The position numbers and the translations under genes were made by a program. DNA of 64,000 nucleotides from the NCBI GenBank assembly GCA_025594325.1, contig JANHCV010000009.1, forward strand, positions 930,001 to 994,000, given 5' to 3'. The DNA is from Blastocladiella emersonii ATCC 22665 (Eukaryota; Fungi; Blastocladiomycota). Shown one piece after another: positions 36,812-49,261 of this stretch. The notes beneath the pieces are model-generated. The model saw only the letters and a list, made by a program, of their open reading frames with translations. It was not told the origin of the DNA and did not search any database. Positions within the stretch are counted from its first letter, which is position 1. Every line of letters begins with the position of its first letter.

Positions 36812-37216
36812 AATACATACTGCTCCTTGAGCTGACAAAGCTACGACATGGCAGCGTTCACGCCCGCACCCATGCCTTGCTGCGTGTGCTGCGTCCTTGA
36901 CCTCAACATGGGCTGGGATTTGTTTCTCAAGGCGTGATCGTGCAGTGCCGCGGCGGATATAAGTAGTTCACGGAGCGCGTTATTGTGGTCCGGCGCGAGC
37001 GCGGCCAATGAATGGGTGGTTAGAGCGCGTTCGAGTTGAAGATTAAGGCAACAAAGCCTGCTACGAGCCACGGTGAGTGCTTGCAGGAAAAATCATGCGC
37101 CGTGCGCCACTTGCATGCGCGTGCCGCTTCACCACCGCTTGCCACAACGCTCTCGCTCTCCCCAAGCTCGCACTTCTCAACACACAGCTAATGAACTTCG
37201 GGGCCCTGATCTTGCT

Positions 37217-38584
37217 ATGGACGACATATTCAATGACGACTGGCTGCATTCCTTGCTAGAGTCCAAGGATGACCATCTGACGCCTCCTGTTGGAAGCGCG
37301 CTCACTTTGGCAGCCGCACCCAACGCCGATCCGCTTCGACTTTTGCTATTGGACTCCGAACATCTTGCGCCAGCAACGGTGCCATTCCGGCCGCCTCCGG
37401 CACAGCTGGCAGCGGTGGGGCCGCGCCATCCGACAATGCCTCAACCTCTCGTCCTTTGGTCTGCTCAACCTCCCCCGCCGCCCGCGCTCGCCGCAGCATC
37501 AAGAGCGACCACAATCCCTGCCTTTTCTTCTGTTCTTCCGCGCGTTTCCAGATCGATCCCCATCCACTTGGCATCAGAACTCCAAGCGCGCTCTCCGCCT
37601 GCTCTTCCACCTCAATCAGCGCTGCTGCCTGAACCAACGGTCACTTGTTCCTCGCCATTACGCATGCCTGATCTGTCACAACTTGCAATCCCGCAGGCTC
37701 CGACTTCAAGGCCACAAACGTCTCCCTCGAGCGAAGTTTTGCCTCTCATGAGCTCCACGGCGATCGACAAGCTGGCCTTTTACCAGGCGCTCCTTGCCGT
37801 GCTTGCACTTGAACACATGCGTGCCCCGCTGCGCGCAAACCCGCTTCCCGTTGGCACGACGCCCGGCGCCAGCAGGCTGCTTGACTAGATGATCACCGCA
37901 GTAACGTCGCATGGTGCCCGCAAGCTCCAAGTCTTACATTCGTACCGCGGCGGTATGCTCATGAGGCTCAAGCCAATTCGCACGTCGCTCCTCAAATACA
38001 GCTCGCAGGGCGATCGACTGCACTCGCAGCGCGCGCAGACCACGGCGATCCGCGACTCAATCGTGGTACTTTTGGCCGGCGTTGCCGACGGCAAGATTCC
38101 GTGCTCCATTGACTCGGGTCATGTTCCCAAGGACGGCCAAGAGTCGGTTGTCGTCCATGTTCCTTTTGTCCGGCGCGTCACGGATCAGGGCAAGCTTGCC
38201 GTTCACTATAACTTTGACGCGTTTTCGCATGATCTCCGCCTTGCGCCGCCCGAAACTGAAAACACTGACGCTTCAGGTCCTATACTGCTCCCCGAGACCA
38301 AGATTCTGTTTGCGCACAATTCCTTGTCTGTGCAGGCCAAGAAATCGCAACCTGGTCACGGTTGCGACTCCAACATGGCGGCCGTGGTCGCCGCTTCACA
38401 GCTCGCTCAAGAAACCGCTTGCAAAGTGACGGAAGCGCGGAGTGACAATGCGAAAGAGCTTGATTCAGACGCAAGTCTGGAATCCGAGTCGGACTGCCCA
38501 GCTTCTTGGCCACAGTCTCGCCCTCACCCTCGCCCAACGGTCTGTCAGATCAAAGGAGAGAATTTGAGTCGTGGCGTCGGGTGA
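37217..38584 (+). pseudogene. Unknown intronless family, copy C (internal TAG, C-terminal domain missing)
   Basis: KLAFYQALLAVLALEH...RLLD*MITAV (TAG at 37886-37888, in frame) and VHVPFVRR..VHYNFDAF. Ends before the family C-terminal domain, at the edge of the 13-kb inserted block. Confidence 0.7.
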
Positions 38585-39184
38585 TGCCGCGTGACGCAAA
38601 GGGGAGGACGCGAAGGGGAGCTCGCCGCTGCCCACCTGCGAGTTCGGAACTCTGGAGCACTCGAAGCGTGAAGGGAAAGCAGACGACGGAATTAAATGTA
38701 ACTCACGGCAAACACTTCGTTACGATGTCTCCGACTGTGAGCCGCGACGACGGGGGTAGTCGGCGTGGGGTGCTGGAGTCACGGCCGCGCCGGCCACGGT
38801 CACGGTGGGCTCAATGGCCGTCTGCGGGCCTCGAAACGGGTCGAAGAGACAGCGCGGAATGCAACTCGTGAGTGGGCAGCGCTGGTAGCGCGGGTAGCAA
38901 GTTCGGGTTGAGCGCGGTCAGTGGGGAGGCCACGAGGGCTCGGGGCGAGGCGCGACGGCGATTGCAGCTCGAGCGTGATGAGCGGGAGGGTGTGAGCGCC
39001 TGCGGCGAAGTCATGTTTAAGACGATCCTGAGCGATGGGAGGGAAGCTGGGAGCAGCACGTGGCGACGGCGGGCGTATAGCGGGAAGGGGCAGCTCGCGC
39101 GCGTTGCGATGATGGCGCGAGAGACGACGTGCAGGTGTTGACGCGGCGACGCGGGCAGCGGCTACGCAGCAACAACGGCGGCGG

Positions 39185-39870
39185 CAGGATGATCGCCGAC
39201 CAAGCGCCTGCGGCGAGGATTGACGTACGGAGTTGAGTGATAGTATGGTCGTCGGTTATGGTCGTCAGGATCGAGTGAAGCAATGAGATCTGGTCGTAGA
39301 GGCGCGTCGTGTTTCAGCCGCGGCCGCCACGGCACCTTGGAGACGACTGACTGTTGCAACGCGGCGCCGCACGAAACGCGCGCCTTAATACTCCAAGTAG
39401 GTAAAGGAATCATAACGAATAGCAACAGGGCCCGCAAGCGAGCACCTTGGCGGCCAGCGATCAAGGGTACGGCTATGAAGCGACGTGTCGCGCTGATCGC
39501 CTTCGCCGCGGCATGCGCCGCGGATCGTCAAAGACGGCGGAAGAGTGATCGCTGACTTTGCGCCTGCGGCGAGGATCTACGGTTGGAGTTGAGTAATGGA
39601 ATGGTCGTCGGTTATGTTCGCCAGGATCGAGTGGAGAAGAGGGACCTGGTCGCGGGGACGCGTCGTGTTTCAGCCGCGGCCGCCACGCTTCCTTGGAGAC
39701 GGCGCGGCGCTGGACGCGAAGCGCATCGCGAAAGTCCAAGGAGGGAAAGGGATCGTAACGATTAGCATCAGGGCCAGCCGCGAGTGGACTCTCTGGCGGC
39801 CGGCGACCAAGGATACGGCCGTGAAGCAACGGTCCGCGCTGTTCGCCCTCGCTTCGGCATGCGCCGAGGC
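39185..39870. repeat. Two diverged tandem copies of a ~350-bp unit
   Basis: Shared blocks gcgcctgcggcgaggat (39204/39560), cgcgtcgtgtttcagccgcggccgccacg and ggcatgcgccg. Confidence 0.8.
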
Positions 39871-40227
39871 TCAACGAACGTTTGAGCCCACGGGAAACCG
39901 CGAACTGGAGCCGCGAGAGCCGACTTGCCTCGCAGAAAAGCTGGGCGACGTCGGCGACCGTGAGATACGTACGCACGCACGCGCGACGGCAAGCACGACG
40001 ACGATTCGGAACGGCACGCACGCCATGACCCATCCAGCGCGACCAAAACCCAAACCGAACACCGTGAAGCGATCGACCTGGAGCGGCCGCCACGCGAAAA
40101 GCGACACCGAAGGCTCGTAGACGCACGTAAACGCGGGATCACGGTGCAGGGTCAACTCGCGACCGCCGAAACTCGCAGGCTGGGACCGACCGCGCGCCGT
40201 TGCGAGGGCCGACCGCGGGAACGCGCG

Positions 40228-40560
40228 CCACTCCCGCCCGCCCACATCTAAAGAGCGACCCTTGCACGGCGCCCACGTTGCATCAGCCGTAAGAAAGCAG
40301 CCGTACGCAGACCAAGAGTGTAGCGGGCCGAGGGACGGCGCGCGCTTCGCACGCGGTCGCGCTACCGCACGACGAAACGACGCGAGGGGCAAGCACTGAC
40401 CCACTCCCCGCCCACATCTAAAGAGCGACCCTTGCACGGCGCCCACGCTGCATCGCCCGCGAGAGAGCAGCCGTACGCAGACCAAAGGAGAGATCGACCG
40501 AGGGACGGCGCGCGCGCGCTTCGCGCTCGCGGTCGCGCTGACGCGCGACGAACAGACGAC
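40228..40560. repeat. Two tandem copies of a ~170-bp unit
   Basis: 41-bp identical block cccgcccacatctaaagagcgacccttgcacggcgcccacg at 40237 and 40407, plus further shared blocks. Confidence 0.85.
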
Positions 40561-40965
40561 ATCACGGCGTGACGACGAAACGGCATGTTGATCGACATGA
40601 GAGGAGATACATTGCAAGTTGCTGGGAGAGCGAGAGAGGGAGAGCGACGATCGGCAGAGAGAGAGCGCCGAGGTCGAGGGAAGCGCCGAGGTGGAGAGAA
40701 AAAACAAAAGAACGCTGGACGGTGATTGGCCGAGCACCAGGGAGCCATAGTTTAGCCAGGAAAAGCCGCTGCAAGGCGACGCCGAAGTCACGCGACTGAC
40801 CGACCAATGAAATGGCGGGACGCTCTTCAGGAGGTGGCGTGAATTGAGGGACGGCGGCTAGAGTAATTGTAGGACGAGGCGCGCTTGGCGCGGGTCAGCA
40901 CGAGCGCCCGGTGGGTGGAGATCTGAAAACGTGGGGCGACGTGGGGAACAAGTGAGCGGGATAGG

Positions 40966-41052
40966 GAGATCAAGCCGTGAGACGGTCCGCCAGCAGGCGT
41001 AGGAATTTCACCGCCCAGCGGTCCCCCAGCAGCTGCTGCCGTGCCCTAAAAA
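40966..41052 (+). repeat. Left TIR of the KDZ element
   Basis: gagatcaagccgtgagacggtccgccagcaggcgtaggaatttcaccgcccagcggtcccccagcagctgctgcc matches the reverse complement of 49172-49261. Confidence 0.8.
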
Positions 41053-41122
41053 TTCATGCTGCCTGCGCCCCTGCGCCGCCGCCCGAACCGCACGGAACCG
41101 CACCGCGACCGCAATCCCGGTT

Positions 41123-43311
41123 TTGCCGCCTGGATCGCACGCCCCCCTCCGCACGGGGGCCGCCTGTCGCGGCCCTCGAGCTCGCGTGACCTCGCTGATG
41201 CAGCCGCGCCGCCGCCGCGCCGCCGCGGCCGCCCCCGCCGCCGCTTCCACGCCCCGAGACGACGACGGCGGCGACCGTGATGCAGCGCATAGAGCTCGAC
41301 GCACGCGACTCGAGGCAACGCAACGCTCCTCCTACCCGTACCCGTACCCCACGTCCTGCTCCGCCCTCCCAGCGCCGCCGTCCCCGCCATGCCGCCTCGC
41401 CCGCTCCCCAAACCCGGTCCCAGCACCGGCAGGGCTCGAGACCGTCCCGGCAACGCGGCTGCCTCTAGAAACCGCCGCAACGAGCCCGATACTGTACGAT
41501 CCGGCCCCGTCCCACACGAATGCTTGGCTCTGCTCGTCATGCTCACACTCGTCGCCGCACTCAGATCCCTCGGCTACCACCTCGTGCCCAAGATGTACTG
41601 GCTCTGCGGCGACTTTGGCACCGGTAAGCGCGGCACGGGTCCAGCGCCGTCGCTCCTCCAGCGCAACGACGCCATCCTGCAGCGGCGCGACCTGCACGCG
41701 AGCGCGCGGCGTGGTGACCTTCTCGCGGGCGTGTCTCCCGAGGAGCTCGCCAACCCGAACGACCCCGATTTCGTCCATGACCGCCGACTCCGTGTCCAAG
41801 GACGCGAGTATCTCGGGCTGGTGGGAGCAGTACGTCAAGGGTCTCGTGCCCGGCTACGTCCTCAAGCAGGCCGCCGCGGATCCGCCGCCGGCCAAGGTGT
41901 GGACGGTGCTCGAGCTGACGGAGCGCCTGCTCGGGCTGTCGTCCGACGTTGCGCGCGTGCTCACGGCGTTCCTGTCGCGCATCCACATCCCCGCCGACAA
42001 CTTTTGCGTGTGCCCCGATCCGCCTGTCGCGCTGGACGGCGTGGTGCTTAGCACGCTCGATCGCCGTATCCCCAAGAACAAGGAGCCCTACACGGTCGTG
42101 ACGGATCTCCCGTCCAAGTACACGCGCGCGTCGCGTGCGCCCGACCACTACCTGTCCACGCACCCCGAGTTCCACGCCATGTTCCAGGCGCTCGGCAAGC
42201 ACGAGCTCGTGCTGTGGGAGCCGCTCGCCCAGCTCCAGGCCGAGGTCAAGCACCCGCTGCTCGACCTCCTCTTCCAGTTCCTGCACCACATCCCCGGCAC
42301 CGGTCCCTTCTTCCTCGCTGAGCTTCCTCGAAGCATCCCGGCCCTCGCCCAGATCGCCTTCACGCTCGGCACGATCGTCAACCCGTGTCTGCAGCTGCTC
42401 CCGCGGGCGACGTGGTCCGAGGTGCGCAAGTTCGTTGACGACAACGGCGGCCGCGCCCGTCCTGGCGGCGACGAGTTCGGCACCGAGTTCACCGCCGTGC
42501 TCGAGGAGCATGCGCCCATCATGCGTGACGTCGCGCTCCTGTCGCACGACCACGTCCCGCACCACGTCGCCGTCCAGTCGCTCTTCCGCACACCCGCCCG
42601 CTGCACCTCCGAGCAGTTCGACCAGCTGCGCCGCGACGTGTTCCGCAGCATCCTCGACGTCGCCGAGAAGACGGCCAGCACGGGCCAGGGGATCGACGGG
42701 CTCCCCTTGCCCGACGCTCCGCCCACCTCGAGCCAAGTCGACGCCGCTGCCGCCGCCGCCGCCGCCGCCTCGCTCCGCGCCGACCTCGACAAGTTTTCGG
42801 CGGGTCCTCGCGCGTTCCACCCGAAGTGGTACGCCATCGCCCTGCACGAGATGCTCAGCGCCGCCGACGTGGAAGCCACCGCGCGGCTCGCACAGCCCGA
42901 TGTGGGCAACCGCGACGCGCTCACCGAGACCGTCGCCATGCTGCGCCAGCTGCTCCCGCTCCTCCACCACGTCCTCGTCAACCTGCCGACCCCCGAGGAG
43001 GTCGTCGCCGCGTTCCAGCCGAACCGACCGCCGACCGAGCTGTCCGTCTCGCCGCTGGTCCTGCACGTCGTCAGCAAGCTCCACTCGATCCCGTACCGCT
43101 ACGCCAACCTGCTCGACTCGCTCCCGAGCCTCGACGTGCGCACCAAGTTCCTGCCGCCCGCCGACCGGTACAACCCGCTGATCCAGCCCACGGCCGCGCG
43201 CCCCGAGCTCGAGATGAAGACGCTCGCCCGTGTCGTCGCCGCGAGTCGCGGCACCCGCGGGCCTGTCGTCAAGACGTGGACGTGGTACGGCGACAACGCG
43301 CAGCTCATGGA

Positions 43312-43342
<31 letters not shown>

Positions 43343-44098
43343 TCGCGCAACGGCCGCGCCGTCCGCATCGAGCCGTACACGCCGCCGCCCGGCCACGAGC
43401 ACCACCCGCTCAAGGAGCTCGCGGCGTACGGCATGTGCTTCCCGAACCACGTGCCGATCCGCGTCACCCCCGTGCACGCCGGCGGCATGACCAAGGCCGA
43501 CTCAGCGTGCTCCAAGGAGGCCAAGGACCCGGCCACGTGCGGCGCAGGCGTGCTCGCGTGGTGGTACCTCAGCTGCCGCCGGAGCATCGGGTTCTCCATC
43601 ATGCGTCGCGCAGAAGCTCCGCACCAAGTGTACGCTACGCTGCTGAGCAGATTCCGCAAAATGCCGCCCATCCTCGTGTACGACAACGCGTGCAACGTCG
43701 CCGACTACTGCCTCGGCCGGTTCCCCGCGGCGTTCCGCGACACGCTGTTCCTCGTCGACGAGCTGCACATGCCCGGACACGTGAACTGCGCGCCGTCGTT
43801 CCGCGGCAAGCTGTACCGCGCGCTCGCTGACGTGCCGACCATCCTCCACGAGCAGAAGAACTCGCAGATCGCTGGTCTCAAGTCGATCGCGCCCAAGGCC
43901 TCGTACCCGCTCTTCTCGAACCTGCTTCTGCACCGCATCGCGATGCTGAACGAGCACGAGCTCGAGAAGGACCCCAAGTACTGGGACGCGTGCACCAGCT
44001 CGTTCACCGTCTCGCCCGTTGACGTGGAGTGGGAGGGAGGCGAGGGCGAGGTCGACGACGGTGATGATGATGAAATTGCCGATGTACATAGTGAATAA
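41123..44098 (+). CDS. KDZ-family transposase (probable cryptic frameshift near 41785; start uncertain)
   Basis: C-terminal core CSKEAKDPATCGAG...GFSIMRRAEAPHQVYATLLSRF...LVYDNACN...YCLGRFP..FRDTLFLVDELHMPGHVNC...LHEQKN matches the YDxAC / DxxHxxxHxxC / EQxN pattern of KDZ RNase H-fold transposases. Confidence 0.75.
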
Positions 44099-46222
44099 GT
44101 CGTAGGCGTAGTAGTAGAAGTAGTATACAACCCGTTTTCCTCGTCAAACTTGAAGAATATGCTGGGTGAGCGGGCGAGCGGGCGAGCGAGCGAGCTGACC
44201 GAGGCTCGAGACTTGGGCGTGAGCGGCTCGCGAAACTCGGCGGGTCGACCACCGTCTCGTCCCTCACGACTCGACGGTGAGAGCTACGACCCTGAAAGCC
44301 TGCACGAGAATTGCAAGGCTATGCTTCAACATCCTCGTTGAGTCGAATCACAAAAATCACGAGTGGAACGGCGGCACGGGCCGTTCGAGTGAGATCGAGA
44401 CGCGAGTCGCTGATCGCCACCTTCGTTTTCTCGCGCATCCTTGAGGCTCTGGCTCTCAACTCGGTGTTCAGTGAGAGCCACGGATGTGATCTAACTGGAT
44501 TGATGGTTGGCGGTGGTACTATGCCCTTAATGAGCTGAGAGCACGCTTGGGAAGCCACCCGCACCAAGTTCTCGTCCGACAAGTTGTGCGCTTGCTCCGT
44601 CGCACGGCTACGTCTTTCTGATGGTCAAATGACACTTTTTGTGCAACGACAGTGCTTTGCGATCTCTCACGCATTGTACGCGGTCGACCTGGGCCGCTAG
44701 TTGCCACCTGCGATTACTCAACGAGTTGACGTGATCCGTGAAGCTTCTCGGGCACTAATGAGTGACTGAAGGTTGTAGAAACTCGTGAAAGAGGTTGGCG
44801 CGGGCGCCCAGAGTACGGTGCACCTCAGGTACGCACGCGAGCGGAGGCGAGTGTAAGTTCACGCGTAGCTCACTGGGCGGCTCGAGCCCTGGTCTCTCCG
44901 CTCTGCATCAAGGTTTCTATGACCATATGACACTTTGGGTGCAGCGGCAGCGCTCCAACGCGTCTTGCGCGTCGGCGGGAGCGAGGCGAGCGAGCGACGT
45001 GTACCTTGCACCACCTCCAGTACCCGCAGATTTCGTCACACGGAGCTCTTCTCTCGCATATAAGCTATTCAAACCTATAGTAGACGCTGTATGGGAAGCA
45101 GGAGGGCGTCTGGTGGGGGGTGTTGTCGCGGGTCGGACACGGTCCAGGAGCGAGCACTTGGGCCGCGCTGAACAGCTCGTCCGACCACCGACCCCACCCC
45201 GGCCCCGTTCCCCTCGGTCGATTGCTCCCAAACTTGGTACAGCGGCTGTTGGGACCTATGGAAGCAACTTGGTGCCGTCGATGAGGGCCCCGACCTCATA
45301 AATGTTCGTGGCCGGGTCGGTGCACCTGGGTCAGCACTTGCTGGTCGCTCAAGTGTCCGCCGACCACCATGGACTCGTCTTTCCGAATCTCGGCTCGTCC
45401 TCTTGGAAAACTACGTTTGAGACCTGCCTGAACACGATGCCGCGCACAGTTTCCGCCCAAACCCGCCACCGTGCTCGGATCATGGTGAAGTCAGGTCAAG
45501 TTCGTTTAGCGTGGCCAAGACCGTTCCGGCCGCTCCCGCGTCCAGTTCTCCACCGATTTTGTCGACTCCGCCGCGCACAGTGGTGTAAGTGACCTGTCGA
45601 AATCGAATGGCAGTAGTCCCATGTCTACAGCTTGTCTGTAGCGGTAGATAGAGACGGAAAACCAAGTTTCCCGTATGAACGGTGTGAACGTCGCGTCCAG
45701 TTCTCGTCAGATTCTCATCCAGGATCACTCGGGCTCTCGGAAACGCTCGGCCGCGCCTCAACGGACATCTGTAGCACGCGCAAGAGCACATCGAGTGTCG
45801 CAGGTGCACCCAAGTAGACTCATACGAGTGCTACAGGCTGCTGATCGTCAATCGGACGCGTCCATGGTGTCAAGACACCTATAAAAGACATCCTGCGCGT
45901 CGAAACGTCCATTTTGAGCCGTTTGCAGCTACTACGCGTCATGGACTTGGTTGACGAGCGACGCGTTGACAGCGCCAGGACCGTGCCAGAGCGAGATTAC
46001 TGGTGTTTTACGTCATTTAACATCATATAAATTACGTACCGTTAAGAGCGGAGCATCTGCAAGATCGTGGTCTCCATCTCGAAAGTGCGCGTGATCGTCA
46101 GCTGATGCGTTTCGTCAAGCTTCGAGTGTCTACGGACGGCGCCACCGTCGCTCCATCAAGTCGTTCGCACGACCTCGCCACCACCCTGACCCGATCCGAC
46201 GACGGCCCACACCATCACCATC

Positions 46223-47478
46223 ATGAACGAGCAACCTGCTGCACCGGGCGCCAACGGTCCTGCCCGTAACGGGGCCGAGCCCGTCGTCCCGCTCTCGCCC
46301 GAGGACGCCCGCCAGCTCACCGACGCGACCGCCGCTGACTGGTTTGAAGACCTCCTGCGCCGCCCGGCTGACTGGTTTGAAGACCTCCTGCGCCGCCCGA
46401 CCCGCAACGCCAACAGCCGCAGCAGTCGATCCAGCACCAGGGCGCCGCGGGCAACAACCACCAGCAGCAGAACCAGCAGCAGAACCAGCAGTAGAACCAG
46501 CAGCAGAACCAGTCGATCCCGCGCCAGGGCGCCGCGGGCAACAACCAGCAGCAGCAGCAGAACCAGCAGAAGCAGTCGATCCAGCCAGCACCAGGGCGTC
46601 GCTGCGGGCAACGCTGCCGCGGGTGCCGCTCCGCGCATGCATCAGGGCGTCGCGGGCAACAACCACCAGCAGCGGATCCAGCCGCAGCAGTCGAGCCAGC
46701 ACCAGGGCGTCGCCGCGGGCCCGCAGCAGCGGCAGCAGCAGGAGATGGTCAACCACGCGGGCGCCGCGCCGCGCATGCCCCACGTCGCCGCGGGCGCCGG
46801 CTAGCAGCAGTACCCGCACCACACCACCGTGCAGCACCAGCAGCAGCAGCACCACCGTGCACCACCAGCAGCAGCAGCACCAGCAGCAGCACCAGCAGCA
46901 GCACCCGCACCAGCAGCAGCACCCGCACCACGCTGCCGCGGGCGCCGCCGCCGCCCAGCTCGCCAAACAGCAGCGTGCCATGGCGGAGGGCCAGATCATC
47001 GTGAGCCGCATGTCGGACGCGGAGAAGCGGGAGCTGATGGCCGTCTCCCCAAACGTGGTTCACCAATGGCGCCAGGTACGTTTCCACGAGACGGGCATGG
47101 ATCCGCGTCGTCCCCTCACCAATCCTTCCGGGGTAGAAACACTATCATCTGATGCAGCACGGCTGCAGCGAGCAGGATCGCCAGACGCTCAACTCCCTCT
47201 ACAACTCGGTGATCGCGTACGATTACCTTCAGAGCGTCTACCACGCGTGGCAGTCGCAGCAGCAGTCGCAGCTGCAGGCGCGGCAGCAGGCGCGGCAGCA
47301 GTCGCACAGCGGCCACGGCGGCCATCCACAGCACCAGCAGCACCCCCATCAAGGCCACGGTGCTGGTCACGGCCTCGGCGGTTCAGCGCCGGCTGTCCAG
47401 CGATCCGGCTCGCACGACCGTCGTTCGCCGTCGTCCTTCAGCACCCGCACGGTTTCCTCGCCCTACTCGCGCAACTAG
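46223..47478 (+). pseudogene. Gln/His-rich cargo gene inside the KDZ element, disrupted
   Basis: ATG at 46223; exact 33-bp duplication (ADWFEDLLRRP x2). The Gln-rich frame is shifted relative to the ATG; TAGs at 46492-46494 and 46802-46804. Intron 47076-47158 (GTACGT..CAG) lies within a non-repetitive ~65-aa segment. Confidence 0.6.
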
Positions 47479-47785
47479 TCGTCGACATCACGTTGCGCCC
47501 CATCCCCTCCTAGTCTTCCTTTTTTCTCTTGTGGTCGAATGTAACGAGTTGAGTGTAAAGCGTTGGTCTGTGAGTTGTGGCGGTGGTCGGCGCCATCGAT
47601 CTCAGCTCTCAAACAGCCTCAGCCCAGCTGACGAGTCCACCCTCCCCGCCTGCCCATGTATCAAATCGAACATTTCTCGACCTGCACCTCGCTCGCCGTG
47701 ACCTCCGCCGTCGCCGACATCGACTACTCGTCGCCGCCGCGCACTTATCCCGTCGCACGACTTACTCGATCCTCGCGCAACGAAC

Positions 47786-48150
47786 CCCGGCATCCACATG
47801 GCCGGTGTGCCGCGGCGGACACCGTCTTCCATCCGCCTGTGCAACGAGGCTAGCACGTTTGTGCGCCCCCGCTGCACCGCGGCCGACTCGACCCTCGCGC
47901 AGCGAAACGCACTCCGGCATCCGCATGGCCGGTGAGCCGCGGCGTCTGCCGTCCTCCATCCGCCGGTGCATCGCTGCTGCCGCGTTCGTGCTTTCCCCGC
48001 TGCACCGTGGCGGACTCGTTCGTCAATTCGCAGCTGCACGCGGCGGACACGCCCGTCCATCCGCCGGCGTACTCGGTCGCCCACGAGCCGGTGCTTTGTG
48101 GCTGCCACGGCAACACCACAACCTGCCACGTTTTTCCATCCGCCGGCTGA
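47786..48150. repeat. Diverged ~128-bp tandem repeat (2-3 units)
   Basis: cggcatccRcatggccggtg..ccgcggcg...tccatccgcc and cccgctgcaccgYgg recur at ~47788 and ~47916; partial third unit near 48040-48150. Confidence 0.6.
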
Positions 48151-49171
48151 CCATCCCCACCGCCCGGGCGACCGCCTCGTGCGCACGGATCTACGGCCCG
48201 CACCGTGACGTTCCGTTGCTGGACGCGTTGCCAGCAGCCCCTCTATCGTCCACGCGATGGTGGAGGCGGATCGGCAAGTCGCCCGCCATCTCTACGTTCG
48301 CGAGTCGTGGCGCTCTCCACACCGCGTACGCATGTTGCTACTCTATGTCGCGTCCACGGTCGTCCGAGCGCTGGTCTTGCTCTCAGTCCGTTGGCAGCGA
48401 CCTGTCGTCACAGTGGGCTTATCTTGCATCTTCCCCTTGAACGCCGGCCACGAACGCTGGTCAACTCAGTCGCCGATGCACGTTCACGGACCAGCTCCTC
48501 TGCGCGCGCGGTGCGAGGCGACGTCGAGCGACGAGAACCTCGCCGACTTGCTTACACGACGGACGCCAGAGACTTGGTCGTCGTCTCTCATCAAGCTCGC
48601 CGAGCTGCGCGAGTTTTTCGCCGCTCATTGAACTTTGATGTGGTCGACGCGACAGCGACCATCACCTTGAGCCTGTCTCTCAATCATCAAGGAGCAAAGT
48701 TTCCGCAAGTTCGTTTCGCTGGCCGCTGCCCGATGTATCGCCCTCTCACGGCTTATGAACGAGGCCATCGTTGCGGACGTTCTCAGCGGACTTGCGAAGC
48801 AGAGTCGCTCGCAGCGGACTCCGCGGAGACGGCGTGGAACGGGTCGGCAGAGTCGCGCAGCACTCAACCCCCCTGACCATGATCGTGCGACCGCACAAAC
48901 ACTGTAACGTCGAGGAACAGCAGTCGTCAGCGTCAAGTGCTGTGCGTGGAAGTTCACAAGTGGAGGTGTATGGAGTGGGCCTCGCGGGAGAGGACGTGAG
49001 CGACGCAGAGTCGCTGCGAAAAACGCTAAGTCAAGAGAACGCACACCCGTGCGTCACGATCCACGCCCACGTGCCTCGATCGTGACGAACCATGATGCAA
49101 TGTGGCGCGCGGCGTGGGCGGCGAGTCGGTTCCCAAAATGGCAACGGGTCAGGGGGGGCATGCTGAGTGCG

Positions 49172-49261
49172 TTTTTTTGGGGGCTGGCAGCAGCTGCTGA
49201 GGGACCACTGGGCGGTGAAATTTGGGACGGCTGCTGGCGGACCGTCGGACGGTCTGATCTC
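49172..49261 (-). repeat. Right TIR of the KDZ element
   Basis: Reverse complement matches 40966-41052. Confidence 0.8.

Noticed and set aside
40826-40950. Minus-strand RAKRASSYNYS resembling the unknown-family C-terminus (ARVASYNYS)
   Set aside because: The similarity is limited to a few residues, and the flanking conserved motif positions do not match.
48257-48631. Ty1/copia RNase H-like words (RHLYVRE...LLYVAST...DENLADLLTR)
   Set aside because: The spacing is ~45 aa too long, there is no KHI motif and no adjacent RT or LTR; likely chance. An HMM search would settle it.
44100-49170. TET/JBP dioxygenase gene expected in a KDZ element
   Set aside because: No HxD...H...R pattern found in any frame I read; a highly decayed copy cannot be excluded.
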